Origin: Mobula hypostoma
Taxonomy: Eukaryota
Direction of reading: 5' to 3'
Length of the DNA stretch: 64,000 nt
Assembly: GCF_963921235.1 (NCBI RefSeq)
Contig: NC_086107.1
Location: 112,036,001 to 112,100,000, forward strand
Made by a program: the position numbers and the translations under genes. Positions 1-10,612 of this stretch are shown piece after piece. The notes beneath the pieces were generated by a model that worked only from the letters and a program-made list of their open reading frames with translations, was not told where the DNA came from and did not search any database. Every line of letters begins with the position of its first letter. Position 1 is the stretch's first letter.

Positions 1-1290
1 GAGCCCTTTCTCTGTTGATAAAGATGCAGATAACACCACTGCTGTTGGTAAAATCTCAGGTGGTGATGAGGAGGCATACAGCAGTGGGATAGATCAGCTG
101 GATGACAGGTGTCACCACAACAACCTCCTACTCAGTATCAGCAAGACTGTGGACTTCAGCAAGTGGAAGTCAGGAGAGCACACAGTAGTTGTCATTGAGG
201 GGTCAGCAGAGGAAAGTGTGCACAGCTCTAAGTTCCTGGGTGTCAACATCTCTGAGGATCTCTCCTGGACCAAACACATTGAAGATATCACAAGGAGAGC
301 ATGCAAGCAGCTCAACTTCCTTAGGGTTTGTTAACAAAGACTCGTGCAAATTTCTATAGACGTATGGTGCAGATCATTCTTATTGTCTGGTGTGGAAGCC
401 CCAGTGCACAGCATCACAAGAGGCTGTAGAGTGTTGTAGATTCAGCCAGTTCCATCAGGGCACAACCCTCCCCTTCATCGAGGCCATCTTCAAGAGAGGC
501 TGCCTCAAGAAGGCACCATCCATCATTACTACAGGAAGGATGTAGATACTATAGAGAGAGCGCAGAGATTTACAAGGATGTTGCCTGGATTGGGGAGCAT
601 GCCTTATGAGAATAGGCTGAGTGAACTTTGCCTTTTCTCCTTGAAGTGACGGAGGATGAGTGGTGACCTGACAGAGGCATATAAGATGATAAGAGGCATT
701 TTGATCATGTGGATAGCCAGATGCTTTTTCCCAGGGCTGAAATGGTTAACACGAGGGGTCATAGTTTTAGGTGCTTGGAGGTAGGAACAAGGGGGATGTT
801 AGAGCGGTGGGTGCATGGAATGCACTGCCAGCAACAGTGGTAGAGGCGGATACAACAGGGTCTTTTAAGAGTCTCTTAGGTAGGTACATGGAGCTTAGAA
901 AAATAGAGGGCTATGCAGTTAGGTAATTTTAGGCAGTTTCTATAGTAGGTTACATGGTCGGCACAATATTGTGGGCTGAAGGGCCTGTAATGTGCTGTAG
1001 ATTTCTATGATTCTATGATTAAAGACCCTCACTACCCAGGATATGCCCTCTTCCTGTTACTACCATCCGGGAGGAAGTACAGGAGCATGAAGACACACAC
1101 TCAATAATTCTGGTACAGCTTCATCTCTTCCACCATCAGGTTTCTGATGGGCTCATGAACCCTCATTATTCCACATTATTTTTTTAAATTTCAAGTTTCT
1201 TGTTTGCTTTCATGCTGCACTGCTGTCGCAGAGTGATGAGCTTCAAGTCATCTACCACAGTGACAATGAGCCTGACTGTGATTCTGAGTC
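1..1290 (+). mobile_element. Rex1/Babar/L2-group LINE 3' fragment interrupted by a CR1 3' fragment (~531-1015)
   Basis: Peptides KFLGVNISEDLSW and QLNFLR. CR1 remnant RRMRGDL-like with a (TTCTATGA)n tail. Confidence 0.75.
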
Positions 1291-1320
1291 TGTGACTGAT
1301 GCTTTGCCTTCTTCGCTTAG

Positions 1321-1478
1321 GCTGGATCCTCAGAGTCACGTAGAGTCACCCAGTTCCAATTCACTTGCTGGTCAAACCAGAGTATTCCTAAGACCACAGA
1401 GAACCTGCTGCAGTTCCACGGGATGATCCGGAATTACCTCAACAAAGGTCAGGGAGGAGTTCCTGTCGTACATTGTAG
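1321..1478 (+). CDS. R3-type receptor protein tyrosine phosphatase (PTPRH-like), WPD-loop exon; 5' part of gene lies outside the window
   Basis: Acceptor ...cttcgcttag at 1320, donor gtaagc at 1479. Translates AGSSESRRVTQFQFTCWSNQSIPKTTENLLQFHGMIRNYLNKGQGGVPVVHC(S), phase 2. Matches the PTP pattern QFHF..WPDHGVP...PxVVHCS. Confidence 0.9.
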
Positions 1479-1624
1479 GTAAGCATCTCCTTTGTTCAGT
1501 CTTTACGGACTTCAATTCTCAGTTAAGGGTATGTCTTAAAAGGCCCATCAAGAGTCTTACTACTGCTCTGTTATGAGCTACACTTCCTTTTCTTCCAGCC
1601 TTTGCTCTGCTGACTCTTCATTTA

Positions 1625-2997
1625 TAGAACATAGAATACTACAGCACAGTGCAGGCCATTCAGCCCACAATGTTGTCCAACCTTATAATCTAATCTAAGA
1701 TCAATCCAGCTCTTCCATATTTATATCATCCATCTCCCTGTCTAAGAGATTTTTAAATGTCTCTAATGTATCTGTCTCTATGGCCACCTCTGGCAGGGCG
1801 TCCCACACTCTCCCCACCCTCTGTTTAAAAAAAATCTCACCTCTGACATCCCCTATACGTTTCTCCAATCATCTTAAAATTACGCCCACCCCCCTTCTGC
1901 TTCAGCCATTTCCACTCTGGGGGAAAATGTATCTGGCTACCCATTCAACCTATGCCTCTTATCACCTTGTACACCTCTGTCCAGTCACTTCCTTCACTCC
2001 AGAGAGAAAATCCCCAGCTCGCCCAACCTATCCTCATGAGATATGCTCTCTAATCCAGGCAGCATCCTTGTAATCTTCCTGCCCCCCACTCTAAAACTTC
2101 AACATCCTATAACGAGGGGACCAGATCCGAACACAATATGTCAAGTGCGGTTTAACCAGGGGTTTATAGAGCTGCAACATCACCTTACAACTCTTGTATT
2201 CACAAGAGGTCTGAGTGTTAATTTCATATCCTAGTTAACTAATTATGGGCATGTTCTAGTTGAATAATCAAAGTAGCAGTGATAGTGGGTACTTTAATCT
2301 TTATATCATGGTGTGAGGGAAGTGGTAGGGATACAAGAACTTATGCAGGGAAATTGGGAAAAGGGGTTACTGTGTGACAGTGAGCTGCACTGACATCACT
2401 GGAGGTCAAATCCAACACAGCTTTGAAGAAGAGGTTACCAAATGACAAAGGGAGTTAGACAGAAGAAACTGCAGATAAGACCATAAGATATAGGAGCAGA
2501 ATAAGGCTATTTGGCCCATTGAGCTTGCTCCATGGCTGACCCATTTTCTCCCTCAGCCCCAATCTCCTGTCTTCTCCCCGTATCCCTTCATGCTGTGACT
2601 AATCAAGAACCTATCAACCTTTGCCTTAAATATACCCAATGACTTAGCCTCCACAGGCACCTGTGGCAAAGAATTCAACAGATTCGCCACCCTCTAGCTA
2701 AAGAAATTCCTCCTCATCTCCATTCTAAAAGGACGCCCCTCTATTTTGAGGCTGTATCCTCTAGTCTTAGACTCCCCTACCATAGAAAACATCCTCCCCA
2801 CATCACTGGGTTTCAAGGCCTTTCAACATTTGATATGCTTCAATTAGGTCACCCCTCATTCTTCTGAATTCCTGTGAGTAGAGGCCCTGAGCCATCAAAC
2901 ACTCCTCATATGATGAGCCTTTCAATCCTGGAATCATTTTCTGAACTTCAATCTCAGCACATCATTTCTTAAATAAGGGGCCCAAAACTGTTCAACT
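1625..2997 (-). mobile_element. Two CR1 LINE 3' fragments (~1625-2200 and ~2478-2997)
   Basis: Reverse-complement CR1 3'UTR (atagaacatagaa, gaccataagatataggagcagaa) and RT C-terminal remnants. Confidence 0.7.
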
Positions 2998-3009
2998 CCA
3001 GATGTAATC

Positions 3010-4160
3010 AGGAGCAAAAGGTGGAAAAACTCAACAGGTCAGGCAGCATCTGTGAAGGCAGAGGGGTGGGATGACATAGTGGGTCAGGACTGAGAGTATG
3101 AAGGGGTGAGTCAGTTAGGCAGGCCATAGTAGAAACATGTGAGAAAAGGGATGATGGTCAGATGGAGTTGGGCCACAGGGGGAACTGCAGGTGTTGTAGA
3201 GGTGAGGTGAGAAGCTGAAGAGAGGATCTAGGTAAAGGAGGGATGCTCTGAACAGATGGGAGAGGGGAGAAAGACCCATTATATTAATTGTGTGGCTTAT
3301 ACACAAATGGAAAAAGGCCTGGCACCCATCTAAACGGGTTAGCACTTAGAGAGGGGGTTAGCTAAAGGAGCATGAAGGAACATGGATGTGTGACTAGATG
3401 AGGATGGTAAGGACCCAAGTGCTTGAGAATCTGAGACTAGAATCCAGACACGCTTTCGAGACTGAGACGAGAACAGGGTTCTTGACTGGCTAGACGAGAA
3501 TCTGACGAGACTAGATGAGAATCCAAACAAGACAGAAATCCTAAATGCAATCACAGACTGAGCTGACAATTGAGCCCCAAACCTGAGTTCAGGTGCTCTT
3601 TAAATATCCAGATCCTGGCACCAAAACATGGCCGCCAATTAGCGGAGCAAGCTAGACTGTTTAAGGGGGCCATGCCAGCTGTCCATACTCTGGAGAATCG
3701 GAGAATCTAAACCCTGGAGGCTGGAGTGGTCGGGAGCATACCATATCAGGGTGGATCAGAAGGAGGGAGAAAGGAACGGGGGCCGGGAGGGGCGTTACTG
3801 GAGAATGGAAAGCACAGTGCCTATACCATTGGATTGTAGACTACACAGGCAGAATATGACTTCTGATTTGTGTTTGATCTCACCCTAGAAGTAGAGAAGG
3901 GCAGGAGCTGTAAATCGGCGTGGGAATGGGAAGTGGAGTTGAATTTGTCTGCAAATAGGACCTCTGGATGGCCAATCCAGACAAAGAGCAAATGCTTCTT
4001 AGGGCAGTCAATGTATATGTCTTGTCTATGCCTGGTCTTGCTGATGTACAGGAGGCCACAACAAAAGCATTGAATTCAGTAGATGGGGCTGGAGTGAATG
4101 GAAGTGCTGTTCAGTTCTCTGAGTAGAGATGAAGGAGGAGGTGTGGAGACAAGTATTGCA
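3010..4160 (-). mobile_element. Penelope-like element remnant with an LTR-like insertion (~3290-3745)
   Basis: Purine-rich PLE 3' region and GIY-YIG remnant. The insert carries short internal repeats (gactagatgag/gacgagaa), a minus-strand TATTTAAA and a YY1-like AAAACATGGCCGCC. Confidence 0.5.
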
Positions 4161-4869
4161 CTTCCTATGGTTGAAAGGTTAAGTGCCAGGGAGCTGGAAG
4201 GGCCAGGTTTGCAGAGATGAGCAAAACCAGGGAGTCATGAGGAGAGGATCCCAGCAGATAACAGATTGGGTAAAACTGTAAGAACATAATGGCTGGGAGC
4301 AGAACTAGGCCATTCAGCCCATTGAATCTGCTCCAACACTCCATCATGGCTGACTTATTATCCCTCTCAGCCCCATTCTCCTGCCTTCTCCTCAAGAACC
4401 TACCAATCACCACTTTAAATATACACAATGAATTGGCTTCCGCAGCCATCTGTGTCAATGAGTTCCACAGGTTCGCAACCCTCTGGGTGAAGGAGTTCCT
4501 CTTCATTCTCCGTTCTAAAGGGATGTCCTCAGAATATAAGGCGTAGGTAGGATAGGAAGGGGAAGGAAGTGGCTGGTTGGTGGAACTGACAATGATAAAA
4601 CCAGTAGGGTGAAAGGTGAGGACCAGGGACATCATTTGGACAAGTACATGGAAAGAAAAAGTTTTAGAGGGATAAGGGTCAAATGTAGTCAGAATGGAAC
4701 CAGCTCAGGTAGACAACTTGGTAGCAAGAGCAAGTTTGACCAAAATGCATCTTTCCATGCTTTAAGGCTCTAGCATAGTGGTTTGTGTAATGCTATTACA
4801 GTACCAGTGACTTAGGTCCAATTCCACCGCTGACTGTGGGGAGTTTGTATGTTCTCCTTGTGACCGCAA

Positions 4870-5668
4870 GGGGAGGGGCACCAGGGGGAGGTGATAGGCA
4901 GCTGAAGAGAAGAGGTAAGAGGGGAATTGAAGAATTCTGCAAAAAAGCAGGATTTCCCAGTGACCAACCATTTCAATTCCAATCACCATTCCCGTTCAAA
5001 CATGTCGGACTATGACCTCCTCTTCTGCCATGATAAGAACCCCTCTGAGGGTGCAGAAGCACCAATTCATAATTGTGTGGGTAGCCTCCAATCTGATGGC
5101 ATGAGTATTGATTTCTCCAACTTTCAGAAATGTTTCCTCCTTCCCCTTCCCTCTTCTTAAATTTCCCACTCTGGCCTCTTGCCTCTTCTCTTCTCCTCAC
5201 CTGCCTATCATTTCCCCCTGGTGCCCCTTTTCCTTCCCTTTTTCCCATGGTCCACTCTCCTCTCTTATCAAATTCATTCCTCTCCAGCCCTTCACCTTTT
5301 CCACCTATCACCTCCCAGCTTCTTCCTTCATCCCTTCCTTCTCCACCTATCACCTTCTAGCTTGTACTCCTTTCCCTCCTCCACCTTCTTATTAGGCATT
5401 CTTTCCCCTTCCTTTCCAGTCCTGATGAAGGGACTTGGCCCGAAACAACAACTGTTTATTCCTCTCCATAGATACTGCCCTGCCAGCCACTGGCGTAGTG
5501 GCATCAGCACTGGACTTTGAGACAAATGGTCCTGAGTTCGAATCTGGCCGGCTCCTTGCACACTTTCCATTCTAGCAACGTGGCCTTGTAGAAGAACAGT
5601 CAAAATGCTGAGTTCCTCCCACATTTTGCGTGTGTTGCTCTGGATTTCCAGCATCTCTTGTGTTTATG
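4870..5668 (+). mobile_element. Penelope-like (GIY-YIG) element 3' part with a hammerhead-like motif
   Basis: DFPVTNHFNS..HS.SNMS...GSLQSDGMSIDFSNF, a pyrimidine tract, and CTGATGA...GAAA at 5422-5445. Confidence 0.75.
5482..5610 (+). mobile_element. tRNA-derived SINE; related copies at ~12720-12899 (-), ~30470-30662 (-) and 37369-37566 (+)
   Basis: A box TGGCGTAGTGG and B box GTTCGAATC. Other copies show an (AAC)n tail and 12-13 bp target-site duplications. Confidence 0.75.
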
Positions 5669-6106
5669 ACAGCGTGAGGAAGCTGAGTTAGCATGGGAGC
5701 GAACCAGGCAGCAGTGCAAGGCACTGGGGAAGAGGGGTGACTGAGTACATTTGAGAGGGCTGGATTAACACCTCAGTGATGCAGGCTGCTGAGGGAAGTG
5801 ATTACTGAAGGACATATGAGGGAGCTGGGTTAATGTCTGGACAGAGCTAATTAGTAGCATGGTCCACTGGAGGAGAGGAGTGGGACTGCACAAGGGAGGT
5901 GGATTAGCATGAAGGGATATAGGTTAGACTGGGTGCTGGAGGCGAGGTATTACCGACAGAGTAAGGGAGACATTTATTGTGAGGGTGAATAAAATTGTCT
6001 AAAGAATGCCTGATTTAATCAGAATTTTTAAATGCAGCCCATGTTGCCATGGAGACTGAGAAAAGAATATAAATCTGAAAATGATGATAATCTTGTTTCA
6101 TTTCAG

Positions 6107-6242
6107 CTCTGGTTCAGGACGGACTGGCACTTTCATAGCCCTTGACTATATCCTGCAACAGGTAGAAAAGGAGGCAGTGGTTGATGTCCATGGGGTCATC
6201 AGTAAAATTAGGATGAATCGGTCGTCCATGGTCCAGTCTGAG
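6107..6242 (+). CDS. PTPRH-like phosphatase, P-loop/Q-loop exon (136 nt)
   Basis: tttcag acceptor and gtgag donor. Completes the Ser codon of the previous exon and reads SGSGRTGTFIALDYILQQVEKEAVVDVHGVISKIRMNRSSMVQSE. Confidence 0.92.
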
Positions 6243-6927
6243 GTGAGAAGTTTCTGCTGTTGGTTCAGCTTCAGTATTATTAATTATCACGCTGAGTTCC
6301 ACTCCAGCTTGGAATATTCACCCTCTTGGCAAGATCTGACCAATTCTCAAAACACAGTGGCTAACAATACTCTGGCCTCCCACACATCCATGGTGTTCTT
6401 TCACTGGAAATTTGTTCAAAGTTCAAAGTAAATTTTGTTATCAAAGTACATATATGACACCATATACAATCCCGAGATTCATTTTCCTGTGGGCATACTT
6501 AGCAAATCTATAGAATAATAACTATAACAGGATCAATGAAAGATCATCCAAAGTGCAGAAGACAACAAACTGCGCAAATATAAATAAATAGCAATAAATA
6601 ATGAGAACATGAGATAAAGAGTCCTTAAAGTGAGATCACTGGTTGTGGGAACTTCAATGGATGGGGAAATGAGTGTAGTTATCCCCTTTTATTCAAGAGC
6701 CTGATGGTTGTGGGGTTGTAACTGTTCTTGAACCTGGTGGTGTGAGTCCTGAGGCTCCTGTACCTTCTACCTGATAGCAGCAGGGAGAAAAGAACATGGC
6801 CTGGGTGCTGGGGATCCATATTAGAGTGAAAAATCTTTACCTAGACTTTGTCTCTACACATGATCATATTCCATATCAGTAAGGGGCATAGTCTTGATGA
6901 GTAACTGACTGCCATTTAGGTCTAAGA

Positions 6928-7008
6928 CAGAGGTTCCCAACCTGGGGCCTACAGATCCCTTGCTTAACAGCATTCGTCCATGGCATAAAAATGGTTGGGA
7001 CCCTCCTT
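6928..7008. mobile_element. Short hAT (Charlie/Buster-like) MITE; further copies at 43178-43230, 53346-53425 and 55748-55842
   Basis: CAG(A/G)GGTTCCCAACC-type terminal inverted repeats and imperfect 8-bp TSDs, e.g. ATGTAGAG/ATGTAGGG at the 43178 copy. Confidence 0.7.
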
Positions 7009-7100
7009 CTCTAAGGGTTTTCGATTTGGGTCCCATTCATGAGACTTGAGCAGAAAATCTAGAGGCTGCCTCTCGTGGTGTACTACTGACTGCTGAAATG

Positions 7101-8567
7101 CAAGTCAAGTCAAGTCACTTTTTATTGTCATTTCGACCATAACCGCTGGTACAGTACACAGTAAAAATGAGACAATGTTTTTCAGGACCATGGTGCTACA
7201 TGAAACAATACAAAACACTACACCGAACTACATAAAACAACACAAAAACTACACTAGACTACAGACCTACCCAGGACTGCATAAAGTGCACAAAACAGTG
7301 CAGGCATTACAATAAATAATAAACAAGACAATAGGCACAGTAGAGGGCAGTAGGTTGGTGTCAGTCCAGGCTCTGGGTATTGAGGAGTCTGATGATTTGG
7401 GGGAAGAAACTGTTACATAGTCTGGTCGTGAGAGCCCGAATGCTTCGGTGCCTTTTGCCAGATGGCAGGAGGGAGAAGAGTTTGTATGAGGGGTGCGTGG
7501 GGTCCTTCATAACGCTGTTTGCTTTACGGATGCAGCGTGTGGTGTAAATGTCTGTAATGCCGGGAAGAGAGACCCCGCTGATCTTCTCAGCTGACTTCAC
7601 TATCCGCTGCAGGGTCTTGCGATCCCAGATGGTGCAATTTCCAAACCAGGCAGTGATGCAGATGCTCAGGATGCTCTCAATACAATGGGGTGAGGATGGG
7701 GGGTGGGAGATGGAATTTTCCCAGCCTTTGCAGAAAGTAGAGACGCTGCTGGGCTTTCTTTGCTATAGACCTGGTGTTGAGGGACCTGGTGAGATTCTCC
7801 GCCACGTGAACACCAAGAAATTTGGTGCTCTTAGTGATCTCTATGGAGGAGTCGTCGATGTTCAGTGGAGAGTTGTCGCTCTGTGTCCTCCTGAAGTCAA
7901 CAACCATCAAGGTAAGTTTATTACCAAAGTACATACAGTATATGTCACCATATGCAACCCTGTGATTCATTTTTGGCAGGCATTCACAGTAAATTCAAAG
8001 AAACACAATAGAAGCAATACAAAACTGCACACGAACACTGACAAACAACCAATGTGCAAAAGACAACAAATTGTGTAAAAAGGAAAAAGAAATATGATAA
8101 TAATAAATCAAAAAGTAATAAATATCGAGAACATGAGTTGTAGAGTCCTTGAAAGTGAGCCCATAGGTTCTGGAATCAGTTCAGTGTCGGGACGAGTGAA
8201 GTTTTCTACGCTGGTTCAGGGGCCTGATGGTTGAGACGTAATAATTGTTCCTGATCCTGATGGTGTAGGACCTAAGGGTCCTGCACACTCTGTCTGATGG
8301 CAGCAGTAAGAAGAGAACATGGTCTAGACAGTGGAAGTCCCTGATGATGGATGCTGTTTTCCTGTGACAGCAATGGTGGGGAGGGATCTACCTGTGATGG
8401 CCTAAACTGTATCCACTGCTTTTTGTGGGCTTGTCCGATCAACGGCATTGGTGTTTCCATGCCAGGCTGCAAAGCAATCAGTCAGGATACACTCCAATGT
8501 GCGTCTACAGAAGTTTGTCAAAGTTTTAGATGAAATGTTGAATCTTCACAAACTTCTAAGAAAGTAG
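7101..8567 (-). mobile_element. Two adjacent Rex1/L2-group LINE 3' fragments (the younger at 7101-7906)
   Basis: ORFs KFLGVHVAENL...KKAQQRLYFL and TRLCNSFFPQIIRLLN, with a (CTTGA)n tail at 7101. Confidence 0.8.
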
Positions 8568-9242
8568 CCACTTCCTCCCTCCTGTCCATTCAGGGCCCTA
8601 AACAGCCTTTCTAGGTGAGGCAACACTTCACCTAAGTATCTGCTGGGGTTGTCTATTGTATCCAGTGCTCCCGATGTTCTGCCTCTACATTGGTGAAACC
8701 GACCTTAAACTGAGGGACTGCTTCGTCAAGCACCTCTGCTCCATCTGCCACAAGCGGAACTCCCTGGTGGCCAAACATTTTAATTCCCATTCCTATTCTG
8801 ATATGTCAGTCCTTCTGGAGCAACACCTTATATTCCGTCTGGGTAGCCTCCAGCCTGATGGCATGAATATCAATTTCTCCTTCTGGTAAACATTTTTCCC
8901 ATCTCCTGCCCTCTTCCTCTATTCCCCACTCTGACCTTCTAACTCTTCTCACCTACCTATGACTTCCCCCAGGTCACCACCTCCTTCCCTTTCTCTTACT
9001 ATCCACTCTCCTCTCCTATCATATTCCTTCTTCTCCAGCCCTTGATCTTTCCCACCTACCTGGCTTCACTTATCACCTTCCAGCCAGCCTATTTCCCCTC
9101 ACCCCATCTTTTTTTATTCTGTTGTCTTCCCCCCCCCTTTACTTTCCAGTCCTGAAGAAGGATCTCAGCCGACATGTCAACTGTTTATTTATTTCCATCG
9201 ATGCTGCCTGACCCGCTGAGTTCCTCCAGCATTTTGTGTGTC
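8568..9242 (+). mobile_element. Penelope-like element 3' part
   Basis: GIY-YIG remnant CLYIGET..KLRDCFVKHL...LEQHLIFRLGSLQPDGMNINFS and a degenerate hammerhead motif at 9147-9183. Confidence 0.8.
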
Positions 9243-9900
9243 TGAAAGTAACACCATCTTTTGTGTTTTCTCAAGTGGATGCCAAAGATCCCATAGCCCT
9301 GTTCTATAGAACTGGAAAGTTATCCTGTGGCAAGTATTTAGCCACCATGGGAGAGATTACACTTGCTATTATCTAAGTGATATCGGTGGGAGTTTGCTGA
9401 GCTCAGTTTAGCATTGTCTCAATTCAGCCTTCCCCTCCTACCCCCATCTTAACTGAATTTTACAGGAGCACCATTGAGAGCTTTCTGACAAGCTGCCTCT
9501 CCATCTGGTATGGGAGCAGCAGGGCATCGGGCCAGAAATTCCTACAAAGGACTGTGAGAATGGCCGAGAGGATTGTAGGGGTCTCCCGACTCGGGGAAAT
9601 TTATCAGGAGTATTGTGTACACAGGGCACTTAGTGTTCTCAAGGATCCCACCCATCTATCCAGCATCCTCTTTGACTTTCTATGAACAGGTAGGAGACTC
9701 CAATGCATAAAGACAAGAACGGTCAGGATGGGGAACAGTTTCTTTCCTCAGGCCATTAGGCTTCTGAACTCCCTGCTGCATCACATTCGAAGTGTCACCA
9801 GATAATTTGTACTGTACCCTACAGTATTTAATTTATGCACTGTTTTGTTTATCTATGCGTAATTTATTTGTAGATTTAATCCTTACTTTCCCAAGTTATT

Positions 9901-10612
9901 CTGTAAACTGGACTGGTCTAAGAACACTGAAGCTGTCTACAAAAAGGGTCAGAGCAGTCTCTATTTCCTGAGGAGACTGAGGTCCTTTAACATCTGCTGG
10001 ACGATGCTGAGCATGTTCTATGAGTCTGTGGTGACCAGTGCTATCATGTTTGCTGTTGTGTGCTGGGGCAGCAGGCTGAGGGTAGCAGACACCAACAGAA
10101 TCAACAAACTCATTCGTAAGGCCAGTGATGTTGTGGGGATGGAACTGGACTCTCTCACGGTGGTGTCTGAAAAGAGGATGCTGTCCAAGTTGCATGCCAT
10201 CTTGGTCAATGTCTCCCATCCACTACATAATGTACTGGGTGGGCACAGGAGTACATTCAGCCAGAGACTCATTCCTCCGAGATGCAGCACAGAGCATCAT
10301 AGGAAGTCATTCCTGCCTGTGGCCATCAAACTTTACAACTCCTCCCTTGGAGGGTCAGACACCCTGAGCTGATAGGCTGGTCCTGGACTTATTTCATAAT
10401 TTACTGGCATAATTTACATATTACTATTTAACTATTTATTACTATTTTCTACTACTATTCTATTACTATTTATTATTTCTATGAGTATTACTATTTACTA
10501 TTTACTAATAGTAATATTACTATTACTATTTATTATTTATGGTGCAACTGTAACGAAAACCAATTTCCCCCGGGATCAATAAAGTATGACTACTACTACT
10601 ACTACTACTACT
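9901..10612 (+). mobile_element. Relatively young Rex1/L2-group LINE 3' fragment nested in an older LINE (~9435-10780)
   Basis: Open 122-aa ORF ...HRKSFLPVAIKLYN, AATAAA plus a (CTA)n tail, and a 22-bp flanking duplication. Confidence 0.8.

Noticed and set aside
4973..5520. Overlapping Pro/Ser/Phe-rich and Gly/Glu/Arg-rich ORFs
   Set aside because: Low-complexity pyrimidine tract of a Penelope-like 3' region.
5490..5555. tRNA gene candidates with A and B boxes (also 12830-12895 and 37375-37440)
   Set aside because: They are SINE heads with shared downstream bodies and tails, and have no complete cloverleaf.
6081..6431. 116-aa ORF as a standalone gene
   Set aside because: Only 6107-6242 is exonic; the flanks are intron read-through.
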